Shown here: positions 31,176 through 39,750 of the stretch, in pieces
Position numbering within the stretch: the first letter of the stretch is position 1
Layout of the letters: every line of letters starts with the position of its first letter
Origin: Candidatus Bathyarchaeota archaeon
Lineage (GTDB): Archaea > Thermoproteota > Bathyarchaeia > Bathyarchaeales > Bathycorpusculaceae
Assembly (NCBI GenBank): GCA_963707955.1
Contig: OY970176.1
Coordinates: 1,979,013-2,043,012 of the forward strand
Direction: 5' to 3'
DNA length: 64,000 bases
Program-made: the position numbers and the translations under genes
The notes under the pieces: generated by a model
Told to the model about the DNA's origin: nothing
The model's database searches: none
Seen by the model: the letters and a program-made list of their open reading frames with translations, nothing else

Positions 31176-31906
31176 AAAGAGCCTACGCTGACTTACACTT
31201 GCGCGCGAACATCAGCGATTCGTCACAGGTTTCAGGCTTGATAAGCAAGGCTTCAACTCTTGGATACAGCCTAGTGGCTGTGCCCCTTTCACCATGGACT
31301 CCTGAACACCAGCTTCAGCAAGTGCAAAGAGTCTGTGAAGAAGCAGCCATAGGATTCGCATCCCGAGTGGACCTGAAGCCCCGCACACCCGAAGAGTTGC
31401 TGAAGGACGTGAGGAAGTTGAGGCGAAGGTTCGAGCTGATTGCCGTCATGTGCGAGTCGAAGGTTGTTGCGAGGCAGGCGGCGAAAGACCGACGCGTCGA
31501 CCTTCTGAACTTTCCCCAGCCAGACTTCAGGAGGGCGTTTTTCGATTCGGCTGAAGCTGAACTGGCTTCAGCATGCCTGGCTTCTCTTGAAGTAGACATA
31601 AGACCGCTGCTCACCCAAGAAGGAGCAGCAAGGGTAAGGCTTCTTTCCCTCCTGCGGAAGGAAGTTCAGACGGCCAAAGAGTTTCACGTTCCAATAGTTC
31701 TTTCAAGCGGAGTTTCAGAAGAACTTCTGATACGAAGACCATTGGACCTAGCAGCCCTCTCGTTTCTGTTAGGCTTAGACAAGGATGCTGCTATGGAAGC
31801 GGTTTCCAAAAACCCCATGGCAATCGTCAGAAGGAACAGGGAAAAGCTGAGCCCGCGATTCATCGCACCTGGAATACGGGTCACCCGGAGAGGAAACGAT
31901 TGCTGA
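31172..31906 (+). CDS. rnp3: RNase P protein component 3 (Rpp30)
   Basis: MKRAYADLHLRAN... with an ATGA overlap on the previous stop. The listed ORF 30956 start is an upstream out-of-context extension. Confidence 0.8.
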   Translation: MKRAYADLHLRANISDSSQVSGLISKASTLGYSLVAVPLSPWTPEHQLQQVQRVCEEAAIGFASRVDLKPRTPEELLKDVRKLRRRFELIAVMCESKVVARQAAKDRRVDLLNFPQPDFRRAFFDSAEAELASACLASLEVDIRPLLTQEGAARVRLLSLLRKEVQTAKEFHVPIVLSSGVSEELLIRRPLDLAALSFLLGLDKDAAMEAVSKNPMAIVRRNREKLSPRFIAPGIRVTRRGNDC

Positions 31907-32220
31907 AAAAAGTGAAGCGGCGCTACTTAGCCCTGAAAATAGACTCCTGCGAGACACCCAGTTCGAACGAGTTTATGGACGCCATCTGGGAAACCATTTC
32001 TGGGCTTTACGGCGAATACGGCGCAAGTCAAACGAGCCTGAGTCTAATCAGCTTTGACGACAAAAACAAGAGCGTCGTCCTGCGCACCGGGCACACAACG
32101 GTCGATATGGTTCGAACCGCGTTGGCTTCAATAACGCGGATTAGAGACAAGCCTGCGGCCGTGCATGTCTTGGCAGTTTCAGGCACAATAAAGGCCCTTC
32201 ATAAAAGTCTGAGACAATAG
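31900..32220 (+). CDS. rnp2: RNase P protein component 2 (Pop5)
   Basis: KRRYLALKI...VLRTGHTTVDMVRTALASI... pattern. TTG 31900 or GTG 31912 start. Confidence 0.8.
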   Translation: MLKKVKRRYLALKIDSCETPSSNEFMDAIWETISGLYGEYGASQTSLSLISFDDKNKSVVLRTGHTTVDMVRTALASITRIRDKPAAVHVLAVSGTIKALHKSLRQ

Positions 32221-32622
32221 TCTTTGAAAGGTTTGCTGCTGCAGTTTTCAATTCGCGCGCGCTGCCGCTTAACCCTTGATGTCATGGCCAAAAACCCTAT
32301 TATTTGGTTACACGTGCTTGAACTGGGGGATGATGTCGCCGTCCCAGTCTGATTGTTGAGATGAAGAGCTTATGACGGACAGACCCCAACACTCACACGG
32401 CTTGCGAGCGTAGTCGCGCTCTGAGGGCCTTTTTCCTTTTCAGTCCGAAAATCAGAGCCAGAATCATTCCTGCGATGAAGCTGCCTCCGTGCGCAAAGTA
32501 AGCGACTTCGCTGCCAAGTCATAGAATCGTAAGAGGCATTGAAGCAAATGCTGACAGCCGATACTGAATACGGCTCGGCAGAATATTTATCCTTTAGCAA
32601 ACCCGCAGAGCGGTCGTTTTTC

Positions 32623-33006
32623 CTACCCGCACAAACATTCAACCATCTTTGTGCAGACCAAGCAAGGTTCCGGAATCGGAGTTCCTTTCTGGCGTTTGTT
32701 CAGATACCCGAAGAAGTGCCCGCACCTGAAGTCGCTCACCGGTTGAGCACCGAGTTCGCTAGATCCTTTCCGTAGAACCTCAGGTCTTCTGTCTTCCTCT
32801 TTCAAGGCTTCGATGCCGTGGATTCTTGTCATGCAATGTGGACATGCCGGGTATGTCTGTACGCTAACGCCTGTTACCACTCTTGCAAGAATTGGTTTCT
32901 GCAAAGCTCTGCCGCACTTGTCACATGTAAGGTCAGCATGGCTTATCGTCTTTGGACAATCATGCTCCAGTTTCCCAGAGCTAATGTCTGTTTGCATCGT
33001 CATCAC
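32623..33006 (-). CDS. Cys-rich zinc-binding protein (two CxxC pairs plus C-terminal CGHFFGYL...CLVCTKMVEC motif)
   Basis: 127-aa ORF. Function unknown. Confidence 0.6.
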   Translation of the reverse strand: MMTMQTDISSGKLEHDCPKTISHADLTCDKCGRALQKPILARVVTGVSVQTYPACPHCMTRIHGIEALKEEDRRPEVLRKGSSELGAQPVSDFRCGHFFGYLNKRQKGTPIPEPCLVCTKMVECLCG

Positions 33007-33547
33007 AGCTTAACCCTATATCTGAAAGGTTAATATTTAATAAACCTTTTTGGATACGTGTCGAACGAAAAGACACTTAGAAGGCCCGATTCTATTCTTC
33101 GAATTGTATACTCCAGTATACCCGTTTCTCCTCGCAAGAGTTCATCTGAGTCAACTATTGGCAGGCCATTTTCGCATGACAAAACCATGCGGCCGGAGGC
33201 GAATTACACGACAAGCTTAAGAATTGGACGTGAAAAGACATAGTATGAAGGCGTATGCCCTGAGGAGAATGGCTGCTTCTTCCTTGTCTCCTTTCTCCCC
33301 ACTACCATTCTCCTCATCCAAGGCCATTATGTTTACAACCCAACACATTTGCTTTCAACGGGATCATCGAACCTACTCGGCAAGAGATTTGATCATCATA
33401 GTCATCGATGGTGAGCCCGCCCGGACTTAGACCCAAATGGGTCTAGTCCAATTCGGCCGAGCGAGATTCATTGAAAAATTGAAACTGAACAAGGCACAGT
33501 TCGTTGCGCGGTTCATTTTTTGAAGTGTGCTGTGACTGGCTGTTGGT

Positions 33548-34864
33548 TTAGTTTGCCGTTTTTAGTGGGCAGCCCGCTCCGCATATTTGGAGGCTTGGGC
33601 ATTCGTGGCATTTGTCTGGGGCGTATTCTCGTTTTCGGAGCTTCAGGCAAGTGGGGTTTTTCCAGATTTTTTGCCATTTGTCTTTGAGGATGTTTCCGAG
33701 TGGGACGAAGTAGCTTTGGCAGGGTATGACCGTTCCGTCTGGTTCGATGGCCATGTTTATGCGGCAGGCGCTGCAGCTTTTTATTCCCAGTTCCAGCTTC
33801 AGAGGGTCGGTTTCGCAGTATTCCGTCGGGGTGTACCACGTGAATTCCATTCCTAGATTTCTGGTCTCATTCTTTATTCGGGTCAGGATCGGCTCTAGTG
33901 CTGCTTCGTCTAACGCGAAGGTTTTGGCTATTTCTGGTGCTTTCCCAGAGTAGATCAGGCTGTTGCAGGCGAAGTGTTTGAGTCCGAGGTTGTGGACGAA
34001 TTCTATCGTGGCGTCTATGTCATTGACGTTTAGCTGGTTGAGTGTGGTGTTGCTGACCGTGTAGATTGGCGATGCGATGGCGTTTTTGAGTCCTTGGACG
34101 GTTTCGTCCCAGCTGCCGTTGACGCTTGTTATTTTGTCGTGGACTTTTGGGTCGTGTGATTCAAGGGTTATCTGGATGTGGTCTAGTCCTGCGTCGATGA
34201 GGGTTTTGAGGTACGCGCTGTCTTTGAGTTTTCGTCCGTTCGTGACGAGGCCGCAGACCAGCTCTTTTTCTTGCGTGTGCGCTATCAGCGTTGACAGGTC
34301 GTTTCTTAGGGTTGGTTCGCCGCCTGTGAAGACCACTTGGGGGATGCCTAGGGCTTGGAGTCTGTCGATCACGTTCACCCATTCTCGCGTGGTTAGCTCT
34401 TCTGTTTGTTTTGGGCCTCCGGCGTAGCAGTGTATGCACTTGTTGTTGCAGCGGTAGGTGAGGGCTATGTCCATGCGGTAGGGTGCGCTCAGCTCTTTTT
34501 GGAAAGGTTCTATCTTTTCTACGCCGAGGTAGGAGACGGGGCAAACGTCGGGTGTCTTGGCGAAGGAGTTGATGGTGAACAGTGTGTTTTTGATGTCTTT
34601 TCGGGCGGTTTCCGCGTCAACCTTGTAGCGTTTTAGAATTCTCTTTGCTGTCTGTTTTTCGTTTTCTCCTCGTATGAAAGAGTGTACGATTTCGGTGGCT
34701 GTCTGGTTGAGGAAGATGACTCTGGAGGCGTTTATGACTAGAACTCCTTCTCCGTTTTTCTCTAATCGTAGATGGAGTCTGAGACCGCGGTATTCGCCCT
34801 CTGCGACTTTGAGGTGGTGCAGCACCTCTCTGGGTTTTGCTCTTAACTTGTCAAGTACATTCAA
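33548..34864 (-). CDS. radical SAM/SPASM-domain enzyme with N-terminal PqqD/RRE-like domain
   Basis: CNNKCIHC (CxxxCxxC). C-terminal Cys clusters CSACRINMAIEPDGTVIPC and CHECPSLQICGAGC. The N-terminal ~90 aa (VLVINASRVIFLNQTATEIVHSF...) is PqqD-like. TTG start abuts the upstream TAG. Confidence 0.85.
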   Translation of the reverse strand: MNVLDKLRAKPREVLHHLKVAEGEYRGLRLHLRLEKNGEGVLVINASRVIFLNQTATEIVHSFIRGENEKQTAKRILKRYKVDAETARKDIKNTLFTINSFAKTPDVCPVSYLGVEKIEPFQKELSAPYRMDIALTYRCNNKCIHCYAGGPKQTEELTTREWVNVIDRLQALGIPQVVFTGGEPTLRNDLSTLIAHTQEKELVCGLVTNGRKLKDSAYLKTLIDAGLDHIQITLESHDPKVHDKITSVNGSWDETVQGLKNAIASPIYTVSNTTLNQLNVNDIDATIEFVHNLGLKHFACNSLIYSGKAPEIAKTFALDEAALEPILTRIKNETRNLGMEFTWYTPTEYCETDPLKLELGIKSCSACRINMAIEPDGTVIPCQSYFVPLGNILKDKWQKIWKNPTCLKLRKREYAPDKCHECPSLQICGAGCPLKTAN

Positions 34865-36517
34865 CTATCTTGCACCTCCGCCGGCGCAGGCACAAGCGCA
34901 ACCTACGCAGGCACAGGCGCATGCGCAGGCGTGGCATGCGCATACGCAGGATGGTTTTCCGCCTACTGGCTGCTGGCTTGGGGCAGACTTGAAAGGCACG
35001 AGTTTGTTGGCGAAGTCTTGAACGTTTTTGACGATGTTGTTTGAGGCTGTCTGGAGTCCTCGTACGATGTTGTTGGCGAAGTCTTGGCCCGGGATCGGTT
35101 TGGCTTGGACAGGTGGGGCCGTTGGTGTTGTGACTGGCGTTGGGGGGCTTTGTTGTCCCGTCGATGCGTGTAGGCCGCCCCAGTACCACCACCAAGCTGG
35201 GTTTGGATAAATGATTATTCCTGGTGGGAAGGCTGTTCTGAAGCGGTCTTCGAATTTGTCGTCTGCCAGTAGCCACTCGAGGTTTTTGTCGACGGCGTCG
35301 CCCTTGAGTTCTGGGGTTCCAGCCTGGGTTACCTGGGTCCAGGCTTTGTCTACTATGGACTTGTAGTAGTTGGTTGTGTCGTCTCTTGAGTAGCCGCGTA
35401 GCTTTTGGTCTACCGTATTGGTGAGTTCTACGTAGGTGCTGGCGAGCTTCTGCTCGTCGAGGGTTCCGTCTGGTCTTATGGCGTTCAGGTAATCTGTTTC
35501 GTAGTATCTTGGTAGTGGAGGCGACTGGCCTTGGGCTGGTTCGAGTTCGGTGAGTTTTATGAGGGGTTCAGTTTCGGTGACGGCGACCATGCGCTTTAGG
35601 AGAAGCCCGTAGAGAATCATGGTGAGGACGCGGACGGGCTTTTGATCCAAAACGAGGGCTGCCTCGACAGCCGTGAGTGTTCGGTTGGCGCCCAAGGCTT
35701 CGATCGACATGCGGGGTGTTGCGTAAGCCATTCTGGCAATTCTTGTAAAGTACAAGATTATCGCGGCGGCCACTATGAGAAAGACTAAGACCAATGAAGC
35801 CGTGGTTGTTATGTCTGGAAATGGCCCAGGGGTCGGGGTCGGCGCGGAGGAAACGTACGTGGCTGGGAAAGAAACGCCAGAAGTGAATTGTTGGCTTGGC
35901 GGCCAGTTTGTTCTCTCCCAGAAGACGGCGGTGTCGTTGTTCGTTTCTGTGAAGACATTGTCGAAGGGTGAGCTTGGGGGGTATTTCACTTCGGTTTTTT
36001 GTACGCCTGGTGGGAGGATGATTTCCACGCGTAGGTCTGTTATGAAGCCGCTTGCGGTGGAGAACGTTGTTTGGTAGAAGAGCAGGTCGACGTTTCCCGG
36101 GTTAGTGGTGTCCGCATGGATCATGTTTGGAACCAGAGCGTAAACAACGAATGTGTAGGGCTGGTTCAGCGCAACGGGTTGTTTGAGGTAAACGTCGATG
36201 CCGTAGAAGCTTCCCGATGACGCGCTTTGATATTGAAGTGTGGCCCCCGACAGGTCTTGCACATACTGAATTTGGAAGCCTCCTTGGGGCATTCCCACAG
36301 TGAATATGCCTTGAGGCGAGCCGGAGAGATACGTGAAGGTTATGTTGTACAGAATGTATATCGACCTGTCCGTGTTGATCTGGATCTGGGCCCACTCTTG
36401 GCTTACGGAGTAGGTTACACCCTGAGCCCTTGCAAGTTGAGCCTTTGTCAGCAATAATCCGAGGCACAAGATCAGTACGATGACGGACAAACCGGCGAGC
36501 TGCTGTTTCGTCACCAT
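34865..36517 (-). CDS. DUF2207-like membrane protein ending in a (Cys-X)n tail
   Basis: ATG 36517 gives MVTKQQLAGLSVIVLILCLGLLL. N-terminal domain, central TM TASLVLVFLIVAAAIILYF, and a long C-terminal region. The last 27 aa are CVCACHACACACACVGCACACAGGGAR. Confidence 0.75.
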   Translation of the reverse strand: MVTKQQLAGLSVIVLILCLGLLLTKAQLARAQGVTYSVSQEWAQIQINTDRSIYILYNITFTYLSGSPQGIFTVGMPQGGFQIQYVQDLSGATLQYQSASSGSFYGIDVYLKQPVALNQPYTFVVYALVPNMIHADTTNPGNVDLLFYQTTFSTASGFITDLRVEIILPPGVQKTEVKYPPSSPFDNVFTETNNDTAVFWERTNWPPSQQFTSGVSFPATYVSSAPTPTPGPFPDITTTASLVLVFLIVAAAIILYFTRIARMAYATPRMSIEALGANRTLTAVEAALVLDQKPVRVLTMILYGLLLKRMVAVTETEPLIKLTELEPAQGQSPPLPRYYETDYLNAIRPDGTLDEQKLASTYVELTNTVDQKLRGYSRDDTTNYYKSIVDKAWTQVTQAGTPELKGDAVDKNLEWLLADDKFEDRFRTAFPPGIIIYPNPAWWWYWGGLHASTGQQSPPTPVTTPTAPPVQAKPIPGQDFANNIVRGLQTASNNIVKNVQDFANKLVPFKSAPSQQPVGGKPSCVCACHACACACACVGCACACAGGGAR

Positions 36518-36903
36518 GTTGGTTCCTCTGTGAGTTCGAACTTGTTTCCGCAGTGGCCGCACGTGACGAAGGGTTTTCCGTCAAGAACTTCAGTCTTGGT
36601 CGCGTCGATCAGAGCTCCGCAGTTTGGGCAACGTATTTCTTTAGCCTCTAACGGTCCAGTGACCGTTACGGTTTGCTTAATCTCTATAGGTTTTTTCTCC
36701 AGGCCAAGGAAAATCAGGAATCCAGCGACCGCGAGGAAGACCAGGCCCACAAGAAAGTAAACAAGGCCAAGGTTAACTGAGACAACGAAGACGAGGCCCA
36801 AGAAGATCAGAACTGCCGACGCCAAGTAGATGGCAGCTCTAAGTATCCCCAGAGCCATAGCGCGTTGCGCGCGCCCGTACTCGCGTTTGGTTGCAGGGGA
36901 CAT
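36511..36903 (-). CDS. three-TM membrane protein with C-terminal zinc ribbon
   Basis: CPNCG...CGHCG. Its stop overlaps the ATG of the next gene. Confidence 0.7.
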   Translation of the reverse strand: MSPATKREYGRAQRAMALGILRAAIYLASAVLIFLGLVFVVSVNLGLVYFLVGLVFLAVAGFLIFLGLEKKPIEIKQTVTVTGPLEAKEIRCPNCGALIDATKTEVLDGKPFVTCGHCGNKFELTEEPTW

Positions 36904-36963
36904 AAACGACTATTTGAAGATTTGACCATAAAAGCCTTGTTGGGACTCAAACCGAAATGGGAG

Positions 36964-37064
36964 TGGGCCCGCCCGGACTCGAACCGGGGATCTTCGCCGC
37001 TTCCTCAGGCGCGTGCTAATCAGCCTTGTGAGGGCGACGTCCTACCAAACTAGACTACGAGCCC
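36964..37064 (-). tRNA. tRNA-Val(CAC): tRNA-Val (anticodon CAC) with ~27-nt intron 3' of the anticodon
   Basis: Hand-folded: GGGCTCG/CGGGCCC acceptor, D arm GTCT..GGAC, anticodon stem TCGCC/GGCGA with loop CTCACA+intron, T arm CCCGG TTCGAGT CCGGG. No encoded CCA. Confidence 0.85.
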
Positions 37065-37527
37065 TGTTTGTCCATCTTTGTTTTTCCTCGCCTAAGATTT
37101 GGAATACTTGTTTCAGCTTCATAAAAGCTTTCCCGAAAAGCAGGTTCAAGAAGGAGTAGAGGCGAGCCAAGTTGCACGGTACCAAGGATGATGGCCATTT
37201 CAAAGAGGAAAAACAGATCGATGAGGTCTTGATGATCGTGCTCTTCTTAGCATGTGCCTTTGTTGGCTACCTTCTAGTTCATCTGCTCTGACCGTCGTCG
37301 ACGTCGCGAATCAAGCTTCCAGCGCGATTGGTTGTGAAACTTTGTTCCACAAAGCTTTTTTGGCGGTGCCAAACCATTAAATTCGGGGTGCAAGCTTGGA
37401 GATTTATCCATTCTCCCTTCTCCTTTTGGCTTAATCTCCCATAAGCTGAAATCGTGCTTGCGCCCCAATTTCCAACATAACGCTCAGAAAACTTAAAAAC
37501 AAACCCTGCCACTTTTTGGATGTCAAT

Positions 37528-37633
37528 GCCGAGGTAGCTCAGCCTGGGAGAGCGCTCGTCTCGTTGTCTCTCAACAGCGAGGGCGAAGCTGAAGACCGAG
37601 TCGTCGCCGGTTCAAACCCGGCCCTCGGCACCA
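37528..37633 (+). tRNA. tRNA-Phe(GAA): tRNA-Phe (anticodon GAA) with a 29-nt non-canonical intron inside the anticodon stem; CCA encoded
   Basis: Removing 37559-37587 gives GCCGAGG TA GCTC AGCCTGGGA GAGC G CTCGG CTGAAGA CCGAG TCGTC GCCGG TTCAAAC CCGGC CCTCGGC A CCA (74 nt + CCA). Confidence 0.8.
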
Positions 37634-37730
37634 CAATGGACTTTTTGTTGTGTTGCAGCCAACACGTCAGCAGCTCTGCAATTGAAATCGTACTCATTTA
37701 TTGGATCACGCGAACGCATGTTTGCTCGTT

Positions 37731-38255
37731 CTAGCCTTTTGTTTCCATGAGTATTTCTTCAAGTATTGGTAGCATGTTGCTTATGCGTGCCCTTCTCTTG
37801 AGGGCATCAAGATCTACTTCGGTGAACTTCAGGATGGCTTTCACGTCTTCTATGTCTTTGAAAGCTCTTTCCTTGGGAATCGTTGCCTTTATCATACGGA
37901 GCTTTGCCAAAATCAGTTCTTCAGGGATCTGGTAGAACGTTGTCAGACTCAGGATAGTTCCCGGTCTCTTGTTCAACCTCCTTCCTGAGAAAATCGTGTC
38001 GAGTGTGAACGGCGATCTGCTGTCCTTGAACGTTGCTATCTTGAATCTGGATTCAAATGCCGTGTCAATCCTGCGCTTTTCAACCTTTACTCCTGCTTCC
38101 TTCAACGCGGACTCAAACTCGCTCCGGTTCCTACCTTCTAATGAAATCCTGACAATAACATCTGCGTCCATCGTAGTGCGAGGCGTACCATAATAACTCG
38201 CTGCCAAAGCTCCGGTGAACATATAATCTATCCCTGCAAAATTGAAGCTCTTCAC
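37731..38255 (-). CDS. nucleotidyltransferase-fold protein (minimal NTase-like)
   Basis: GALAASYYGTPRTTMDADVIV motif. GTG start. In frame with ORF 38292..38480 across a TAG. Confidence 0.6.
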   Translation of the reverse strand: MKSFNFAGIDYMFTGALAASYYGTPRTTMDADVIVRISLEGRNRSEFESALKEAGVKVEKRRIDTAFESRFKIATFKDSRSPFTLDTIFSGRRLNKRPGTILSLTTFYQIPEELILAKLRMIKATIPKERAFKDIEDVKAILKFTEVDLDALKRRARISNMLPILEEILMETKG

Positions 38256-38659
38256 AATCCTTCTGATAAATCCTTCAAAAGTCTCCAGATTCTAAACCCC
38301 GCGATAACGTCTCCTGCCAAAACTGATTCGTTCTCTCACACGTTTCATAAGTTCTCCTTCAGTGATCTTGCAGTCTTGATCTTTGATGGAACCAGCGCAG
38401 ATGTTCAAGCATAAGTCCGACATGTAGACTGCCGCGTTCACCCTTTCATCTGGTTTTAACTTAGACCTTGGCAAGCGCATTCCTAGAAAATAGATGCTGG
38501 ACTACCTTTAAGAAGTATTTCCTTTTCGCGGAGTAAGTTTTCCGTCTATCACTTTTTTTAAGGACCATTATGCTAGAGCGTTCGTTGTGCCGATCTAACT
38601 CGACTTGTCACAAGCTTAAAGGGGAACAAGGAGCGTAGGCATTAAAAGAGCGAAAGGTT

Positions 38660-39073
38660 ATGCCCCACTGTCTAAAGTGCGGTTCAGAAGTGGATGAGAA
38701 AATGGTCTTCTGCCCTAAATGTGGCGCACCGCTGAGGATGGAACAGCCTGCGGACCTGAGAGATGAGTGGAGGACAAAACGGAGGGAATGGAGGGAGCAG
38801 AGAAGAGAGCAAAGAAGACAGAGAAGACAGGGTGAGAAAAGCGAAAAGGAGGAAAAGTGGGAGAGAACAGAGAAGCATGAGTACATGTTCTTGGGGCCGC
38901 TCATCGGTGGACTGGTGCTCATAATATTCGGAGCTTTTCTCTACTTCTTAATAGTCGGAGGCTTCAGCGTACAGCTCCTAGGTGCGCTCTTCCTCGTCTT
39001 CGTCGGAGTGATAATCATAGTTGCCGCCTTGTACTCCATCGTTGTAGCAGAAAGAAGACACCGGAGACCTTAG
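38660..39073 (+). CDS. zinc-ribbon protein with charged linker and two C-terminal TM helices
   Basis: CLKCG...CPKCG, an R/E/Q-rich linker, then hydrophobic helices. Confidence 0.7.
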   Translation: MPHCLKCGSEVDEKMVFCPKCGAPLRMEQPADLRDEWRTKRREWREQRREQRRQRRQGEKSEKEEKWERTEKHEYMFLGPLIGGLVLIIFGAFLYFLIVGGFSVQLLGALFLVFVGVIIIVAALYSIVVAERRHRRP

Positions 39074-39329
39074 ACACACTTGCCCGCGCTGGCGTACGAA
39101 CTTTTGTAAGGCGTTATCAGCCGGCGAGTTCATGGAAGTGAGCGATCACCTAGGTTAATGATCTGAACGTTTGAAGATGCTGCTTCGAAAAACAGGGAAC
39201 ATGAGGCTCGGCAAGCCTCGAAGCTTTGGTTCTTGATCGAAAGTTCAGCGACGCAGTCAAGTCTCAGTGGATGGAGTCAAGAAAAACTCGTGGAAAAAAA
39301 CTATCGTGCACATTCTTCCTTCGGTCGCG

Positions 39330-39485
39330 CTATTCGCTCTCTTCGCTTCCTCGTTGCATCATCCTTCGCATCATTCCACGCATTTGAGGCATGTTCTTCA
39401 TGCTCTCTTTCATCAACTCCATCAAAGCCTCGTTTAACTCTACTTCCAACGTAATTTTCGCGTGGCCTTTCTTCTCTTCACTCAT
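39330..39485 (-). CDS. small (51 aa) Met-rich protein
   Basis: Below the ORF-track size cutoff. ATG 39485 lies 3 nt after a perfect GGAGGTGAT. Product: MSEEKKGHAKITLEVELNEALMELMKESMKNMPQMRGMMRRMMQRGSEESE. Confidence 0.5.
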   Translation of the reverse strand: MSEEKKGHAKITLEVELNEALMELMKESMKNMPQMRGMMRRMMQRGSEESE

Positions 39486-39489
39486 CGTA

Positions 39490-39750
39490 TCACCTCCAGA
39501 TTCTTTTGAACATTCGAACTAACGTGTCTCTTAATATCCACGTTGCCTGTTGCCGCTTCAAATCTAGGTCAACCTCAATTCTGTAGTGAAACTTGCCAAT
39601 TCTCCTCGTCTTGACGTTGTAGTCGTCAATCAGTCCTCTGTTCTTCCAGTCCTTCAGTCTTCTTCGCAGCCAGAAAGAGATGAAACGAGGTGACACTGGC
39701 TCCAAAAGCAAGGCAAATCTGACGAAGAGAGGGAGACGATGTGAGGACAA
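39490..39750 (-). CDS. hypothetical protein, possibly the 3' part of a frameshifted HTH gene
   Basis: An upstream ATG (about 39766) in another frame reads MQFVLTSSPSLRQICLAFGASVTSFH (HTH-like) and stops inside this ORF. Confidence 0.35.
   Translation of the reverse strand: MSSHRLPLFVRFALLLEPVSPRFISFWLRRRLKDWKNRGLIDDYNVKTRRIGKFHYRIEVDLDLKRQQATWILRDTLVRMFKRIWR

Noticed and set aside
32370-32642. Possible rhomboid-like C-terminus (VAYFAHGGSFIAGMILALIFG) downstream of the Cys-rich protein gene
   Set aside because: Only one TM helix with an AHxGG-like motif is present. It is preceded by a stop in its frame and the ~5 upstream TM helices of a rhomboid are missing. At best it is a decayed remnant or a broken C-terminal membrane anchor of the 127-aa protein. 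The listed 90-aa ORF looks non-native.
33411-33465. Segment resembling the 3' part of the nearby tRNA-Val gene (GCCCGCCCGGACT)
   Set aside because: I could build no T-loop, acceptor pairing or anticodon arm on either strand. It is probably just a stable hairpin.
33427-33516. 29-aa ORF (MNRATNCALFSFNFSMNLARPNWTRPIWV) just downstream of the radical SAM gene, considered as a RiPP precursor
   Set aside because: It has no ribosome-binding site and only one Cys. Its 3' end is formed by a 12-bp-stem hairpin (33424-33450) that is more likely a transcript-end structure. The Cys-X tail of the upstream protein is a much better candidate substrate.
34851-36584. Arg/Pro/His-rich ORFs 34851..35276 and 36102..36584 (minus), and several plus-strand ORFs in the same span
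   Set aside because: They are alternative frames of the DUF2207-like gene. Their composition is typical of out-of-frame GC-rich coding sequence.
37516-37734. 72-aa plus-strand ORF
   Set aside because: It is built across the tRNA-Phe gene and is not protein-coding.
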